A DNA stretch of 64,000 nucleotides from a virus (taxonomy: Duplodnaviria; Caudoviricetes), in IMG/VR virus record IMGVR_UViG_2814123113_000001, positions 31,666 to 95,665 of that record; one strand, given 5' to 3'. Below the pieces are notes generated by a model that had not been told where the DNA came from, made no database searches, and saw nothing but the letters and a program-made list of their open reading frames with translations. Shown here one piece after another: positions 47,236 to 56,354 of the stretch. Each line of letters starts with the position of its first letter. The first letter of the stretch is position 1. A program made the translations under genes and the position numbers.

Positions 47236-48840
47236 TCAAGCCCCCCACGGCGGCTGGTTATCGAAGGCGTCCAGCGCGTCATCCAGGACCGCCGCGCGCG
47301 CTTCGTTCACGTCTGGGCCGCCGGCGCTAGCCAAGGCGATATCGGCTTGCCGTTCCTCAGCGGTTTTCAGGCGGATAGGGCCGCGTTGCTTGTTGCCGTT
47401 GCGGTCCTTGCCCGCGAGCAGGATCTGGCGCTGCTGCAGGGCGTCGCCGAACGCGCGGATCGACATGGGCTTGTCGATCCCCTGGTCTTCCGCCCAGGAC
47501 TTGTAGTCGTTGTGCAATGCCGTCGAGAGGGTCTTTGCGTCCTCGGCCGCCTTGCCCCAGATGCAGCGCTCGTTGAGCCACTCACCGAACGGGCTGGACT
47601 GTTTTCGATAGTCCTCGCGAACCTTGGTGACCCCTTCCGGTGGGGCCAGGCCTTGCTCAAGCCAGGCCGCCGCGCCCTCGATCAGCCAATTCAGGATCCC
47701 CGGCCGCTCGACCTCGAGCTTTTTGGGCAACAGCCGGTCGACCTTGTCGGGGGCGACCTGGTTGGGGAACAGGATCGGGAACATGCGCCGCCAGATCCCG
47801 TCGTCGTCACCGCGCGCCACGGGGAAGGCGTTACACTCGACCCACAGCTTGCCGGCCGGCCGGAAGTCGAACGGCTTCTCGCGCAGCTCGCGAGCGGTGA
47901 TGGGCGATCCCGAAGTCCAGGCCTTGAGCAGGCCTTCGTTCCATTTGGCTCCCCGTGGCGGCTCAGAGAGCACCACCAGGCGCGCATCGCCGGCCAGCTT
48001 GACGATGTCGGGCGCGGCCTGGCCGCCGCCCTGCAGGCCGGTATCGAGGAATGTCGCCACGGCCCCGACGGCGCCATAGGTGCCCAACGTCTCGCGAATG
48101 GCGTCCAGGATCGTTGACTTGCCGTCGCGGCCGAGGCCCTGACAGAGGAAGATCGCCTGCTCGTGGATCGCGGCCGTCGCCGAGTAGCCCTGGGCGCGAT
48201 GGAAGAACGCCCGCATGCCGTCATCGGAGATCGACGTCTCGACCGTCTTGCGGAAAAGCGGCGCCTGGGCCGCTGGGTCATAGTCCAGGTCGATCAGGCG
48301 CGTCAGGCGATCGCCTGGATCATGCGGCTTGAGCACCGCCTTGAACCGCTCCCCTTCGGGCGCCGCCGCGTTGTGGGTCAGCCAGAGCGTCCCGTTGCGA
48401 CAGTTCAGCGCCATGGGATGGCGGTCAAAGGCGTCGATTTCGACCGTGAGATACGGCTCGGCCAGGGCCAGCATGGCCGACTGCGCCGCCCGGTTGCCCA
48501 AGCTCTCGATGTACTTGAGCAATTCCTTGGTCGGGACCTTGGCGTGCGCCTTGACGAGCTCGTCCCAGATCCCGCGCATCTTGTTAGCGACGCGGTGCCC
48601 CATGCGCTTGGCCAGCTGGTCGCCAAGCTTACGATCCCAGAACTTGCCGTTGTAGCCGACCCAGCCTTGGCCCAGCTGATAGAGCAGGGTGCAGCGCGAG
48701 GTCACGACGTCGCCGTCATCGTCGATCACCCCGCCAATGAGGCGGATGAATCGTCGACTGTTGCCGTAGTCGTTGAGATCAAAGCCCGCGAGCTCAGCAG
48801 CGGTCGGGGCGTCGTCAAAGTCAAACTCATCGGCGCTCAC
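47236..48840 (-). CDS. P4/D5-family SF3 helicase
   Basis: LNDYGNSRRF, LNCRNG, GLGRDGKST, DDGIWRR, C-terminal wHTH. Confidence 0.9.
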   Translation of the reverse strand: MSADEFDFDDAPTAAELAGFDLNDYGNSRRFIRLIGGVIDDDGDVVTSRCTLLYQLGQGWVGYNGKFWDRKLGDQLAKRMGHRVANKMRGIWDELVKAHAKVPTKELLKYIESLGNRAAQSAMLALAEPYLTVEIDAFDRHPMALNCRNGTLWLTHNAAAPEGERFKAVLKPHDPGDRLTRLIDLDYDPAAQAPLFRKTVETSISDDGMRAFFHRAQGYSATAAIHEQAIFLCQGLGRDGKSTILDAIRETLGTYGAVGAVATFLDTGLQGGGQAAPDIVKLAGDARLVVLSEPPRGAKWNEGLLKAWTSGSPITARELREKPFDFRPAGKLWVECNAFPVARGDDDGIWRRMFPILFPNQVAPDKVDRLLPKKLEVERPGILNWLIEGAAAWLEQGLAPPEGVTKVREDYRKQSSPFGEWLNERCIWGKAAEDAKTLSTALHNDYKSWAEDQGIDKPMSIRAFGDALQQRQILLAGKDRNGNKQRGPIRLKTAEERQADIALASAGGPDVNEARAAVLDDALDAFDNQPPWGA

Positions 48841-50030
48841 GCCAAGCCCTCCCCAGCGCCCAGCCGGGCGCGCAGTTCATCGTTGAAGTCCATGCCGGCC
48901 CGCGCGCCCTTGGCGCGAACGGTCGCCGGCGTCGTCGCCTTCCACGCCGCCACGGCCAGGCTCGCGCAGATGCGCGCGCGTTCCTCCGAGGACAGATGGC
49001 GCTCGAGGGTGCCGCCGGTGGCTTTGCGCACCTTCACCTTGACCGGCTTCATGTCGCGGTCGATCGCGATCATGATTTCGCCCCAGGGCTGCTCTTTTGG
49101 TTCGGGCCAGGTGAACGCCGGCGCGCCAGGATCTGGGCGCGTGACCTCGGGATCCATTCGCCCCCATTTGTCCAGGAGCAGACCGCCCTGAACCGCGCGA
49201 AGCGACAGCGCCGCGACAACCCGCCGGGGCCCACCGGCCAGGATGGCCGCTGACAACGCGGTTTCGATGCCCTCTGCCTCGACCAGGCCGCCGGGCGCGC
49301 AAGGGTGCGAGAGCCAGACGCAGCCCGGCCGCCAGACGCCATCGATCAGCGCCGCTTGCGGACCCCACATGCGCTTGGCGGGTTCGATCGGGGCCTTGCC
49401 CGATCCATCCGGCGCCAGATAGGTGACGTGCACGCCGCCGGTCGGCCCCGCCGGCGTCCGCACCAGGCCAACCATGGCCGGGAACCGCACGGGCTTGCGC
49501 GTCGGGCCGCTGTGATAGGCGTTCTTGACGAAGCGCAGCTGGCGCAGCGCCGCGTCCAGGATCGGTCCGTCGATCCCTCGGGCGCGCAGATAGGTCTCGA
49601 CCACCGTGCCGGCGGCGGGCTTGCCCTTTTTCCAGAATTCGGCCGCCTGGCGCAGCTTGGCCGCGTCCTCGTCGGCCGGCGATCGCTCGGGCCGCCGGCG
49701 CTCGGCCTGGGGCGGCCGCTCGCGCTTGGGCAGGGGCGTGCCGGTCATCTTCTCGGCGGCTTCCTTGACCGACAGGCGATGCATCGCGGCATAGAGGTCG
49801 ACCGCGTCGCCGCCCTTGGAGCATTGCGAGGCCCCGCCGTTGAAACAGCCCCAGCGCCTGCCGGCGTCATCGACCCAGAACCGCGTCGACGTCCGGCTCT
49901 GGCCATCCCCACACACGGGGCAGGCCCCGCGATAGCGCCGACCCGAGCGGTACACCTTGTGATCGCCCAGGACGTCGAAGACGCTCGAGATCTGGTTCGC
50001 CCGGCGGATCAGGTCGGTGAGGTCGCTCAT
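48837..50030 (-). CDS. primase (zinc finger + Toprim)
   Basis: CPVCG...WGCF...C, YLRARGI, GVHVTYL, AEGIETALS, DFND. Confidence 0.85.
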   Translation of the reverse strand: MSDLTDLIRRANQISSVFDVLGDHKVYRSGRRYRGACPVCGDGQSRTSTRFWVDDAGRRWGCFNGGASQCSKGGDAVDLYAAMHRLSVKEAAEKMTGTPLPKRERPPQAERRRPERSPADEDAAKLRQAAEFWKKGKPAAGTVVETYLRARGIDGPILDAALRQLRFVKNAYHSGPTRKPVRFPAMVGLVRTPAGPTGGVHVTYLAPDGSGKAPIEPAKRMWGPQAALIDGVWRPGCVWLSHPCAPGGLVEAEGIETALSAAILAGGPRRVVAALSLRAVQGGLLLDKWGRMDPEVTRPDPGAPAFTWPEPKEQPWGEIMIAIDRDMKPVKVKVRKATGGTLERHLSSEERARICASLAVAAWKATTPATVRAKGARAGMDFNDELRARLGAGEGLA

Positions 50031-50242
50031 GCGAAGTCCTCGATGCGAACGCCGTTCGCACGGCGCACGATGAAGTTTCGGGCGTCTTCCGCCGCCTCGA
50101 CCAAACCCAGGCGCGCTATCCGCCGCGCGGCCTCCTGGTCAGCCTGGTAGGCGAGGGTCGCCCACGTTGCCCCATGGCGCTCGGAGTCCAGCACGCGGCT
50201 CAGGACGTAGCGCTCGCGGTCCGTCAGGTCCTCGCGCGTCAT
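50027..50242 (-). CDS. hypothetical protein
   Basis: ATGA overlaps at both ends. Confidence 0.6.
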   Translation of the reverse strand: MTREDLTDRERYVLSRVLDSERHGATWATLAYQADQEAARRIARLGLVEAAEDARNFIVRRANGVRIEDFA

Positions 50243-50979
50243 GGCTCCAGCCCGTCAAACAGCGGCGCGGGCGACGCCCGGCCATAGCGCTGGACATCGT
50301 CGCGCTTCCAAAGCCGGGCCTTGGTCCCGGGCGGGATCAGCGTGCTGGGCCAGAGGCCCAGGCGGCGGCTGGCGGCGATCGCGTCCGCCAGCGGCGAGAC
50401 GTCCTCTGCAGCCGGGTGCATCCAGACAAACCACGAATAGGCCGTGGCGAACGTACCCTCATGATCCCAGTAGCCCAGGCGCATCGAGACCCGCTCGGAG
50501 AACGTCGCCTGCAGCGCCAGGCGCTTCATAAGGTCGTAACGGCCCTCGCTTTCCAGGGCCGTGGTTCGCAGCAAAAGGGCCACGCCATTGCGCGCGACCT
50601 CGAGGCCCCGCTCGACGAACTCGCCCAGGTGCTTGAACGGCGGATTGGTCACCACCCAGTCAGGCTGCTCGATTGACTGGCGCGCGCCGCGATCGAGGAA
50701 GTCCTCGACCCCGCCGAACCCGTGCGCGTGGATGTCCGTCGCTCGCACGCGGAACGCCTCGCCCAGCGGGCCGGCCATGTGACCCTCGCCGCAAGCCGGC
50801 TCGTCGATCGAGACCGCGCCAGGATCGGCCAGCAGCACGATCTCGCCGCCGGCGCGCCCCGCCCAGGGCGGCGTCGGGAAATAGTCGAGCGCGCGATAGA
50901 GCGCGGTCTGGGCGTCGTCGGCCTCGACGATCGCCGGCGCATGGGCCTCGACCACGGCGCGGGAGGGCTTGCGGCTCAT
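50239..50979 (-). CDS. N6-adenine-type DNA methyltransferase
   Basis: DYFPTP, EPACGEG, VTNPPF. Confidence 0.85.
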   Translation of the reverse strand: MSRKPSRAVVEAHAPAIVEADDAQTALYRALDYFPTPPWAGRAGGEIVLLADPGAVSIDEPACGEGHMAGPLGEAFRVRATDIHAHGFGGVEDFLDRGARQSIEQPDWVVTNPPFKHLGEFVERGLEVARNGVALLLRTTALESEGRYDLMKRLALQATFSERVSMRLGYWDHEGTFATAYSWFVWMHPAAEDVSPLADAIAASRRLGLWPSTLIPPGTKARLWKRDDVQRYGRASPAPLFDGLEP

Positions 50980-51533
50980 GCGCGCCTCCGGACGGCGGCG
51001 ACCAGGTCGTCTTCGGCCACGCTGAAAAGGTCGGCCACTTCCGGCAGCGGCCATCGGGCGCGCAGGAAGTGGCCCGCCCACCGCGCGATCCGGTCGGTGA
51101 CCGGCTTCAAGCGCATTCCGCCCTTACGATACGCGGGCGGAATGGCTGCGGTGGGCGACGCCGCCGGCGCTGGCGAGGTCAGCGCGGTGGCGGCGGAAGA
51201 GGAGAGGACCGGCGTTGCAGCGACCAGATCCGCGTCGGAGGCAGCCGGCCGGTCGTAGCGCTCGACGCGCTTGACCACGGGCTTGGCGATTTCAGGTTTT
51301 GCGCCCGGCGTCTTGCGGGGCTTTGCAGCTGGGACCTCGGCCGGGGCCTTACGGGCCTGGTCGTCGGCGCGCAGCATCTCGAGCGCCTGGGCGACGCTGC
51401 TGACCTGCAGGCGGCCTAGCCGATTGTAGACCGCGGACTCCGAGCTGCTGCACATGAAGGCGATCGACGCCGTCGACATGCGGGCGGCGTAGAGGCCCAG
51501 GATGTTGCGATCTTTGGCGCTCAGCGGCGTCAT
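50976..51533 (-). CDS. HTH-containing protein
   Basis: LSAKDRNIL...STASIA...SAVYNRL; second HTH-like segment at the C-terminus. Confidence 0.6.
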   Translation of the reverse strand: MTPLSAKDRNILGLYAARMSTASIAFMCSSSESAVYNRLGRLQVSSVAQALEMLRADDQARKAPAEVPAAKPRKTPGAKPEIAKPVVKRVERYDRPAASDADLVAATPVLSSSAATALTSPAPAASPTAAIPPAYRKGGMRLKPVTDRIARWAGHFLRARWPLPEVADLFSVAEDDLVAAVRRRA

Positions 51534-51901
51534 GGGCGAGCATCCCCCATCAAGTCATCGACAAGGTCCGCGACAGCGATCAGAGGGCGCGCGAAAGACC
51601 GCCGCCCCCTTGGGCTGGCGTCGCGAAAGGCTTTGGCGGCGAAAATCAGCATCGCCGCCGCCCGCGCGCCCTCGGGCGTCTGCAGGGCGAAGGGCGTGCG
51701 GCGGGCCAGCGAGATCTCGTTGGCGAAGTCGATCAGGCTCCAACGGGCCACGCCCGAGGGATCGGGCTGCGCGCCCCGCGTCTCGATCTCGGCCGCCGCG
51801 CCCAGCTGGCGACACATGGTCACCAGCCGACGCCAGCGGATCGCCGGATCCAGGTCCTGGTGGCGACGCATCTGCTCAACGCTGAACGGGCGCTTGCGCA
51901 T
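51530..51901 (-). CDS. hypothetical phage protein
   Basis: Coupled ORF. Confidence 0.55.
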   Translation of the reverse strand: MRKRPFSVEQMRRHQDLDPAIRWRRLVTMCRQLGAAAEIETRGAQPDPSGVARWSLIDFANEISLARRTPFALQTPEGARAAAMLIFAAKAFRDASPRGRRSFARPLIAVADLVDDLMGDARP

Positions 51902-51902
51902 C

Positions 51903-52238
51903 TCAGCCGTCCAGATCCGCACGCGCTCGCGCGGGCCGCCCAGGGGCCAGGGCCGCCTCGACCTGGTCAGCCAGGCCGGCCAGCAGCGGGGCCTTCTCGA
52001 CGCGCTGGTCTGGGTGCAGACCTGCAAAGGTCTTGCCCAATTCGACCAGGCGCTGAAAGGGCGAGCCCTTGAAGGCGAACGCGGGCGGGACCTGCGCGCG
52101 GCCAGCGACCTGCGCCCGCTTTCCTAGGTCGCCGGCGAACGCCAGGGGCGCAGAGGCCTGCGCGCGGGCAGCCTTGATCAGGCGCGCCCACTTGCCGAGG
52201 CACTCGGTGCTGGGTTCGGGAAGGCGCCGCCGGCTCAT
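51903..52238 (-). CDS. hypothetical phage protein
   Basis: GAGG RBS; coupled ORF. Confidence 0.55.
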   Translation of the reverse strand: MSRRRLPEPSTECLGKWARLIKAARAQASAPLAFAGDLGKRAQVAGRAQVPPAFAFKGSPFQRLVELGKTFAGLHPDQRVEKAPLLAGLADQVEAALAPGRPARARADLDG

Positions 52239-52330
52239 GGCGCGCCCTCTCCATCGGTGGGAGCGGTTTGCCCGCCCCCACCGACTCGCGGTTCCTTGCC
52301 AAGACCCCTCTCAAACAAGGAACCGAACCG

Positions 52331-52609
52331 ATGATCAGCCGCGCTGAATTTGAAGAAGCGATGCTGAAAATGGCTGAACTGAACACCCAACGCGCCACGG
52401 AAATCCGAGCCCTGGACCGCCTGGTCATGGCGCTGGCCTGCATCGGCGTCGACCAGGCTGCAGACCGAACCGCCTATACGGAGAAGCTTCGCGGCATGGC
52501 GCTTGGCGCTGTCGAGCAGGGCTCCGATCCGCGCGTGGAACCGCTGCGCGAACGTCTGGAGCTGCTGCTGGCCAAGATCGAGGCCTGGTCGGCGCAAGAT
52601 CACGGGTAG
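52331..52609 (+). CDS. small counter-oriented helical protein
   Basis: AAGGA RBS; codon usage typical of coding sequence. Confidence 0.6.
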   Translation: MISRAEFEEAMLKMAELNTQRATEIRALDRLVMALACIGVDQAADRTAYTEKLRGMALGAVEQGSDPRVEPLRERLELLLAKIEAWSAQDHG

Positions 52610-53132
52610 CTCATCCGCCCAGGCGCACAGTTCTTTCTGGCGTTCGATCTCCTGGCGCCAGGCTGCGGGCTCGGGACAGACCGGCTTGAAGGGCCAGCTC
52701 ATCGGCCGCCCTCGCCACGCGAGGATTTCGCTGCGCACGCGAAATCCGGTTTATGACTCGAAATGCAACCAATGGTCAATTGAGTCGCATTGTCGCAACC
52801 GAAGCGTTGCCTTTTAGGTTGCGCAGAATTCAAGTCTCGCTTTGAAATACCCGTGCGACGGGTTGTCGCAGTAGGAGTAAAGCCAGTGTTGAGTGAGAGG
52901 GAAGCCGCCGTAGAGCGGGTGCTTAGTGACTTGCGCGCCTTGTTGAATGGCCGCGCCGATACAGTCTGCCCCTGCGGAAGGGGCGAGAAGTACAGGATTG
53001 CGCAGGGCGACGTCTTGGCCAAGGCGCTGGCGCAAGTGCATGAGGCGCGCAGCTTTGCCGAAGCCGCCGTGCAGAACGCCGATCGAACGCTAGGCGCGCT
53101 TGAGGAGCTTTCGGGTCTGGCGAGAGCGGCCC

Positions 53133-53408
53133 TCATGGCGCCGCCTCAATAGCGATGGGCTCAGCGAAGTCCTTTTCGCTGATTTGGCCGCCCGTATAGG
53201 CCTCAATCCGTCGAGCGGTTTCGTCGTCAGGCACCGTCCGGCTGGGGTCACCAAAGGGCAGGCACAGGCGGCGAACATACTCGTGCGAGCGGTCGAGCGC
53301 CGCAGCTGCCGCACGATGCGAGATGCCCCGATCCCATAGAAATTGGGCGAGGGCGGGCCTTTGGCGAGGGGGCGGAAGGGTCTCCACGGTCGATGTCCTG
53401 AGCTTCAT
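53133..53408 (-). CDS. cro: Cro-like regulator
   Basis: RGISHRAAAAALDRSHEYVRRL...RIEAYTGGQI; divergent from cI. Confidence 0.75.
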   Translation of the reverse strand: MKLRTSTVETLPPPRQRPALAQFLWDRGISHRAAAAALDRSHEYVRRLCLPFGDPSRTVPDDETARRIEAYTGGQISEKDFAEPIAIEAAP

Positions 53409-53419
53409 CGACCATGGAA

Positions 53420-53460
53420 GCGAAACTGCTTCGTTGATTTTGTCAACGAAAGCGTTTCAT
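53420..53460. promoter_or_regulatory. OR-like operators of prophage 2
   Basis: GCGAAACTGCTTCGT and ACGAAAGCGTTTCAT; consensus ACGAAAC-n-GTTTCGT. Confidence 0.7.
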
Positions 53461-53471
53461 AAATAGAAACG

Positions 53472-54281
53472 ATGCCGTCGCTCGCCCGCGCCTTCTCCGT
53501 TGCGCAGGTTGTCTCAATGACAACCGACCGTGACGATGACCAAGAGGCCCGCCTATGGGGCCGGGCGCTCAGCGTGCTGCGCCACGGCAAGGGGCTTAGC
53601 CAGGCTCAAGCCGCCGAGGCGTTCGGTGAGGGCGGTATCAGCGCCCAGGGCTGGGGCCTCTATGAGAGCGGCAAACGTCCCGGTATTTTCCGACCGGAGG
53701 TCCAGCGCAAGCTGGCCAAGGCCCTAGGGGTCACGCCTGCGGATCTGCTCGATGCCCGCCGCGCTCTGGATGGGCCGGCTGCCGAGCAGCGACCCATAGC
53801 CGAGATACGCGAGTTTCGGCCTAAGCCGGCTTCTGGGGACCTGATCATCCGCGATCGCGTCCAGGCCGGCGCCTTCCTGATGGCGGATGACCTTTCTCAG
53901 ATTGAGCCTCGGCCTTATCCGGCCCTCAAGGACAGCCGCTATCCGGCCGCCGAGCAATGGCTTTCGCAGGTGGTAGGCGATTCCGTGAACCTGCTTGGGA
54001 TCATCGAGGGCGACCTGGTTCATTGCGTTTCTGCGATCGACATCGGTTATATGCCGCGAACGGGCGACATCGTTGAGGTCGAGCGGCTGAGGTTTGGCGG
54101 GCGGATGCGCGAGCTCACCGTTAAGCAGGTTGAGGTCACCGCCCAGGGCGTCGTTCTGTGGCCTCGATCGACCAACGAACAGTTTTCCGCCCCCGTGGTC
54201 CTCACGGATGGCCTGGCGGACGGTGAAGAGGCCGAGGTCCGAATCCGTGGCCTGATCGTCGGCTCAATCCGCCGCTACTAA
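53472..54281 (+). CDS. cI: CI repressor, HTH + S24 (LexA-like) peptidase (start uncertain)
   Basis: GLSQAQAAE...YESGKR; VQAG cleavage site; VGDSV and TVK catalytic motifs. Confidence 0.88.
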   Translation: MPSLARAFSVAQVVSMTTDRDDDQEARLWGRALSVLRHGKGLSQAQAAEAFGEGGISAQGWGLYESGKRPGIFRPEVQRKLAKALGVTPADLLDARRALDGPAAEQRPIAEIREFRPKPASGDLIIRDRVQAGAFLMADDLSQIEPRPYPALKDSRYPAAEQWLSQVVGDSVNLLGIIEGDLVHCVSAIDIGYMPRTGDIVEVERLRFGGRMRELTVKQVEVTAQGVVLWPRSTNEQFSAPVVLTDGLADGEEAEVRIRGLIVGSIRRY

Positions 54282-54586
54282 CCCAGATAGTTGTCCGCCG
54301 GCCGCGCCTCGTCTGACGGTCTGGTCGGCGAGGCCGCTTCAGCTGGCGCCGAGATCCCGAGCTGCGCAGCCTGGATGTCCATCAGTCGCGCCTCGATCTT
54401 GCTGAACAGGCCCTTCCAGAAGCCCAGGAACGCCAGGCCGCCTGCCATGACGATAAAGATCGTGGCGAAGACCTCAGCGCCAGCCGCGCCGCCGCTGGCG
54501 GCCATTGCGCAGAATGCGGCTAGGGCAAAGGCTGCGCCCGCCGCCCACATGTAGCTAGCGCCGTTTCCAATTCGCGCCTTTTGCAT
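54278..54586 (-). CDS. small two-TM membrane protein next to cI
   Basis: GAGGG RBS; two hydrophobic helices. Confidence 0.6.
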   Translation of the reverse strand: MQKARIGNGASYMWAAGAAFALAAFCAMAASGGAAGAEVFATIFIVMAGGLAFLGFWKGLFSKIEARLMDIQAAQLGISAPAEAASPTRPSDEARPADNYLG

Positions 54587-54673
54587 GCCTACGCCCTCGT
54601 TTGTTTCTTCACGCGTTGCGCGCATCTGACCAGTCGCGCGCCTTAAGGAACAGCGATCGTTCCGTTTCATTAA

Positions 54674-54722
54674 ACGATTTTGTTTCGTTGGATCGTTGAC
54701 ATTGCCAACGAAACGGTTTCGT
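54674..54722. promoter_or_regulatory. OL-like operators and early promoter of prophage 2
   Basis: ACGATTTTGTTTCGT, TTGACA at 54696, perfect ACGAAACGGTTTCGT at 54708-54722. Confidence 0.75.
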
Positions 54723-54792
54723 TTCGTCCACAACCTCGCGCCGACCTGGAACGGATTACCCGTCAGCGGCGGAGGGCAGGAGGACTGTTTGC

Positions 54793-55062
54793 ATGGAACT
54801 GAACGCTGACACCCACGGCCTTTCGCTGGTGGTGGCTGACCGGGGCTTTGTCTGGGTCGGTGAAACGGTCACGACCCAAGACTGGGTCGAGATCAAGAAC
54901 GCCCGCTGCGTGCGTCGCTGGGGCACGACCAAAGGCCTGAACCAGCTTGCCGTCGAAGGCCCGCTGTCGGGCACCCAGCTCGACGCGCCCGCCGACATCA
55001 AGGTCAACCGCAAAGCCCTCATCGCCATCATCCCGTGCGAGGCCGAGAAGTGGGCCGCGTAG
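54793..55062 (+). CDS. DUF6948-like small phage protein
   Basis: GGAGG RBS; paralog of 9476-9757. Confidence 0.78.
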   Translation: MELNADTHGLSLVVADRGFVWVGETVTTQDWVEIKNARCVRRWGTTKGLNQLAVEGPLSGTQLDAPADIKVNRKALIAIIPCEAEKWAA

Positions 55063-55304
55063 CCACCCTCGACGGCCAAGGTGCGGGCACCGCCCGCACC
55101 GACGGCGACGGCGACGGCTACGGCGACGGCTACGGCTACGGCGACGGCTACGGCGACGGCTACGGCTACGGCGACGGCGACGGCTACGGCGACGGCTACG
55201 GCGACGGCTACGGCTACGGCGACGGCGACGGCTACGGCTACGGCTACGGCTACGGCTACGGCGACGGCTACGGCTACGGCGACGGCGACGGCTACGGCTG
55301 GTGA
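55050..55304 (+). CDS. Gly-Tyr/Gly-Asp repeat protein (GTG start)
   Basis: Same N-terminus and GW* ending as 9745-10107. Confidence 0.65.
   Translation: MGRVATLDGQGAGTARTDGDGDGYGDGYGYGDGYGDGYGYGDGDGYGDGYGDGYGYGDGDGYGYGYGYGYGDGYGYGDGDGYGW
55104..55295 (+). repeat. 32 tandem hexamers GGC(T/G)AC
   Basis: Read directly. Confidence 0.97.
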
Positions 55305-55307
55305 GCC

Positions 55308-55365
55308 GGAGGCCCGGCCAGGGCTCGGCGTAGCCCTACCGCCCTGGCCGGGCCTCCTCTTTTTC
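55308..55365 (+). terminator. 17-bp stem hairpin followed by TCTTTTT
   Basis: Identical to 10111-10168. Confidence 0.75.
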
Positions 55366-55413
55366 AAACCACATCAAAGGGCGCGCCAGGCGCACCCAAC
55401 GGAGGATTCCAAA

Positions 55414-55851
55414 ATGGCCTTTGACGCCGAAGCCGGTCGCACCCCTAACCCCATCGACGTTGCGGTCGGCCGCCGCATGCGCGATCGCCGCAAGACGCTG
55501 GGGATGAGCCAGGAGGCCTTGGCCGCCGCCCTGGGGATCACCTTCCAGCAGATCCAGAAGTACGAAAGCGGCGCCAACCGCATCAGCGCCAGCAAGCTCT
55601 ACGCCGCCGCCCGCACGCTGCAGACGCCGGTTCAGAGCTTCTTCTTCGGCCTGCCCGATCCGGTGGCGGATCCGGACGCAGCGATCGAGGTCGAACCCGC
55701 CGGCCAGGCCCTGATTGACACCCAGGCCGGTGCGCGCCTGGCCCGCGCCGCTTTGGCCTTACCCCAGGATCTGCTGGTCAAACTGGCCAACATCGCCGAA
55801 GCGATCGCCGACGCCGTTGCGACGCAGCAGCCCAAGGCGGACGCCCAATGA
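55414..55851 (+). CDS. XRE regulator of the alphaproteobacterial PraR/PhrR-like family
   Basis: PNPIDVAVGRRMR.RR..LGMSQE.LA..LGITFQQIQKYESGANRISASKL; GGAGG RBS. Confidence 0.88.
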   Translation: MAFDAEAGRTPNPIDVAVGRRMRDRRKTLGMSQEALAAALGITFQQIQKYESGANRISASKLYAAARTLQTPVQSFFFGLPDPVADPDAAIEVEPAGQALIDTQAGARLARAALALPQDLLVKLANIAEAIADAVATQQPKADAQ

Positions 55852-56354
55852 GCGCCGCCGCCATCCTAATGTCGCCGGCCGCGACCCAGCGCGCACTGCC
55901 GGAAACTGAGATTGTCGTGCGCTCGCCGATCGGCGACGTGCGGGTCTGGATCGACGGCGACGGCCTGGTCCGCACGTCGATCACCGCCGACCAGACCGCC
56001 AATGACGCCGCCGCCGGCGCCGTGCGCGACCTGGGCGTGCTGGTCGAACGCGCCCAGGTCGCCGTGCGCGGCCTCGTCACCGCCCTGGGCCCCCAGGTGC
56101 GCGGCGCGGGCCTCATGACCTGGTTGCGCGCCCGCTGCGACACCAGCAACCCGCACGCCCGCACCCCGGCCACCGTGCTGTTCAACGACTACGTCGCCTT
56201 CATCGAGAGCGAGGGCGGCCAGATCATGAGCCGCCGCGCCTTTGGCGACGCGCTGTCCAGCCAGGGCCTGCCGCCCGCCGGCAAGAACGCCGCAGGTCTC
56301 AAGTATCGCGGCGGGGTGGTGCTGAAAGCTCAGCTCGAGGAGACGAGCCAATGA
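55848..56354 (+). CDS. protein with helicase-type C-terminal winged helix
   Basis: LFNDY...MSRRAFGDAL...AGK similar to the C-terminus of 47236-48840. Confidence 0.7.
   Translation: MSAAAILMSPAATQRALPETEIVVRSPIGDVRVWIDGDGLVRTSITADQTANDAAAGAVRDLGVLVERAQVAVRGLVTALGPQVRGAGLMTWLRARCDTSNPHARTPATVLFNDYVAFIESEGGQIMSRRAFGDALSSQGLPPAGKNAAGLKYRGGVVLKAQLEETSQ

Noticed and set aside
52790-53152. ORF with SEC-C-like CPCGRGEKY
   Set aside because: Motif is incomplete, the start is unclear and competing ORFs exist on the other strand
55081-55851. (Thr-Ala)n reading of the array in frame with DUF6948 (via TAG readthrough) and with the XRE gene
   Set aside because: The equivalent frame in prophage 1 does not join the next gene, and the XRE gene has its own GGAGG RBS; the GY/GD frame has a conserved start and stop
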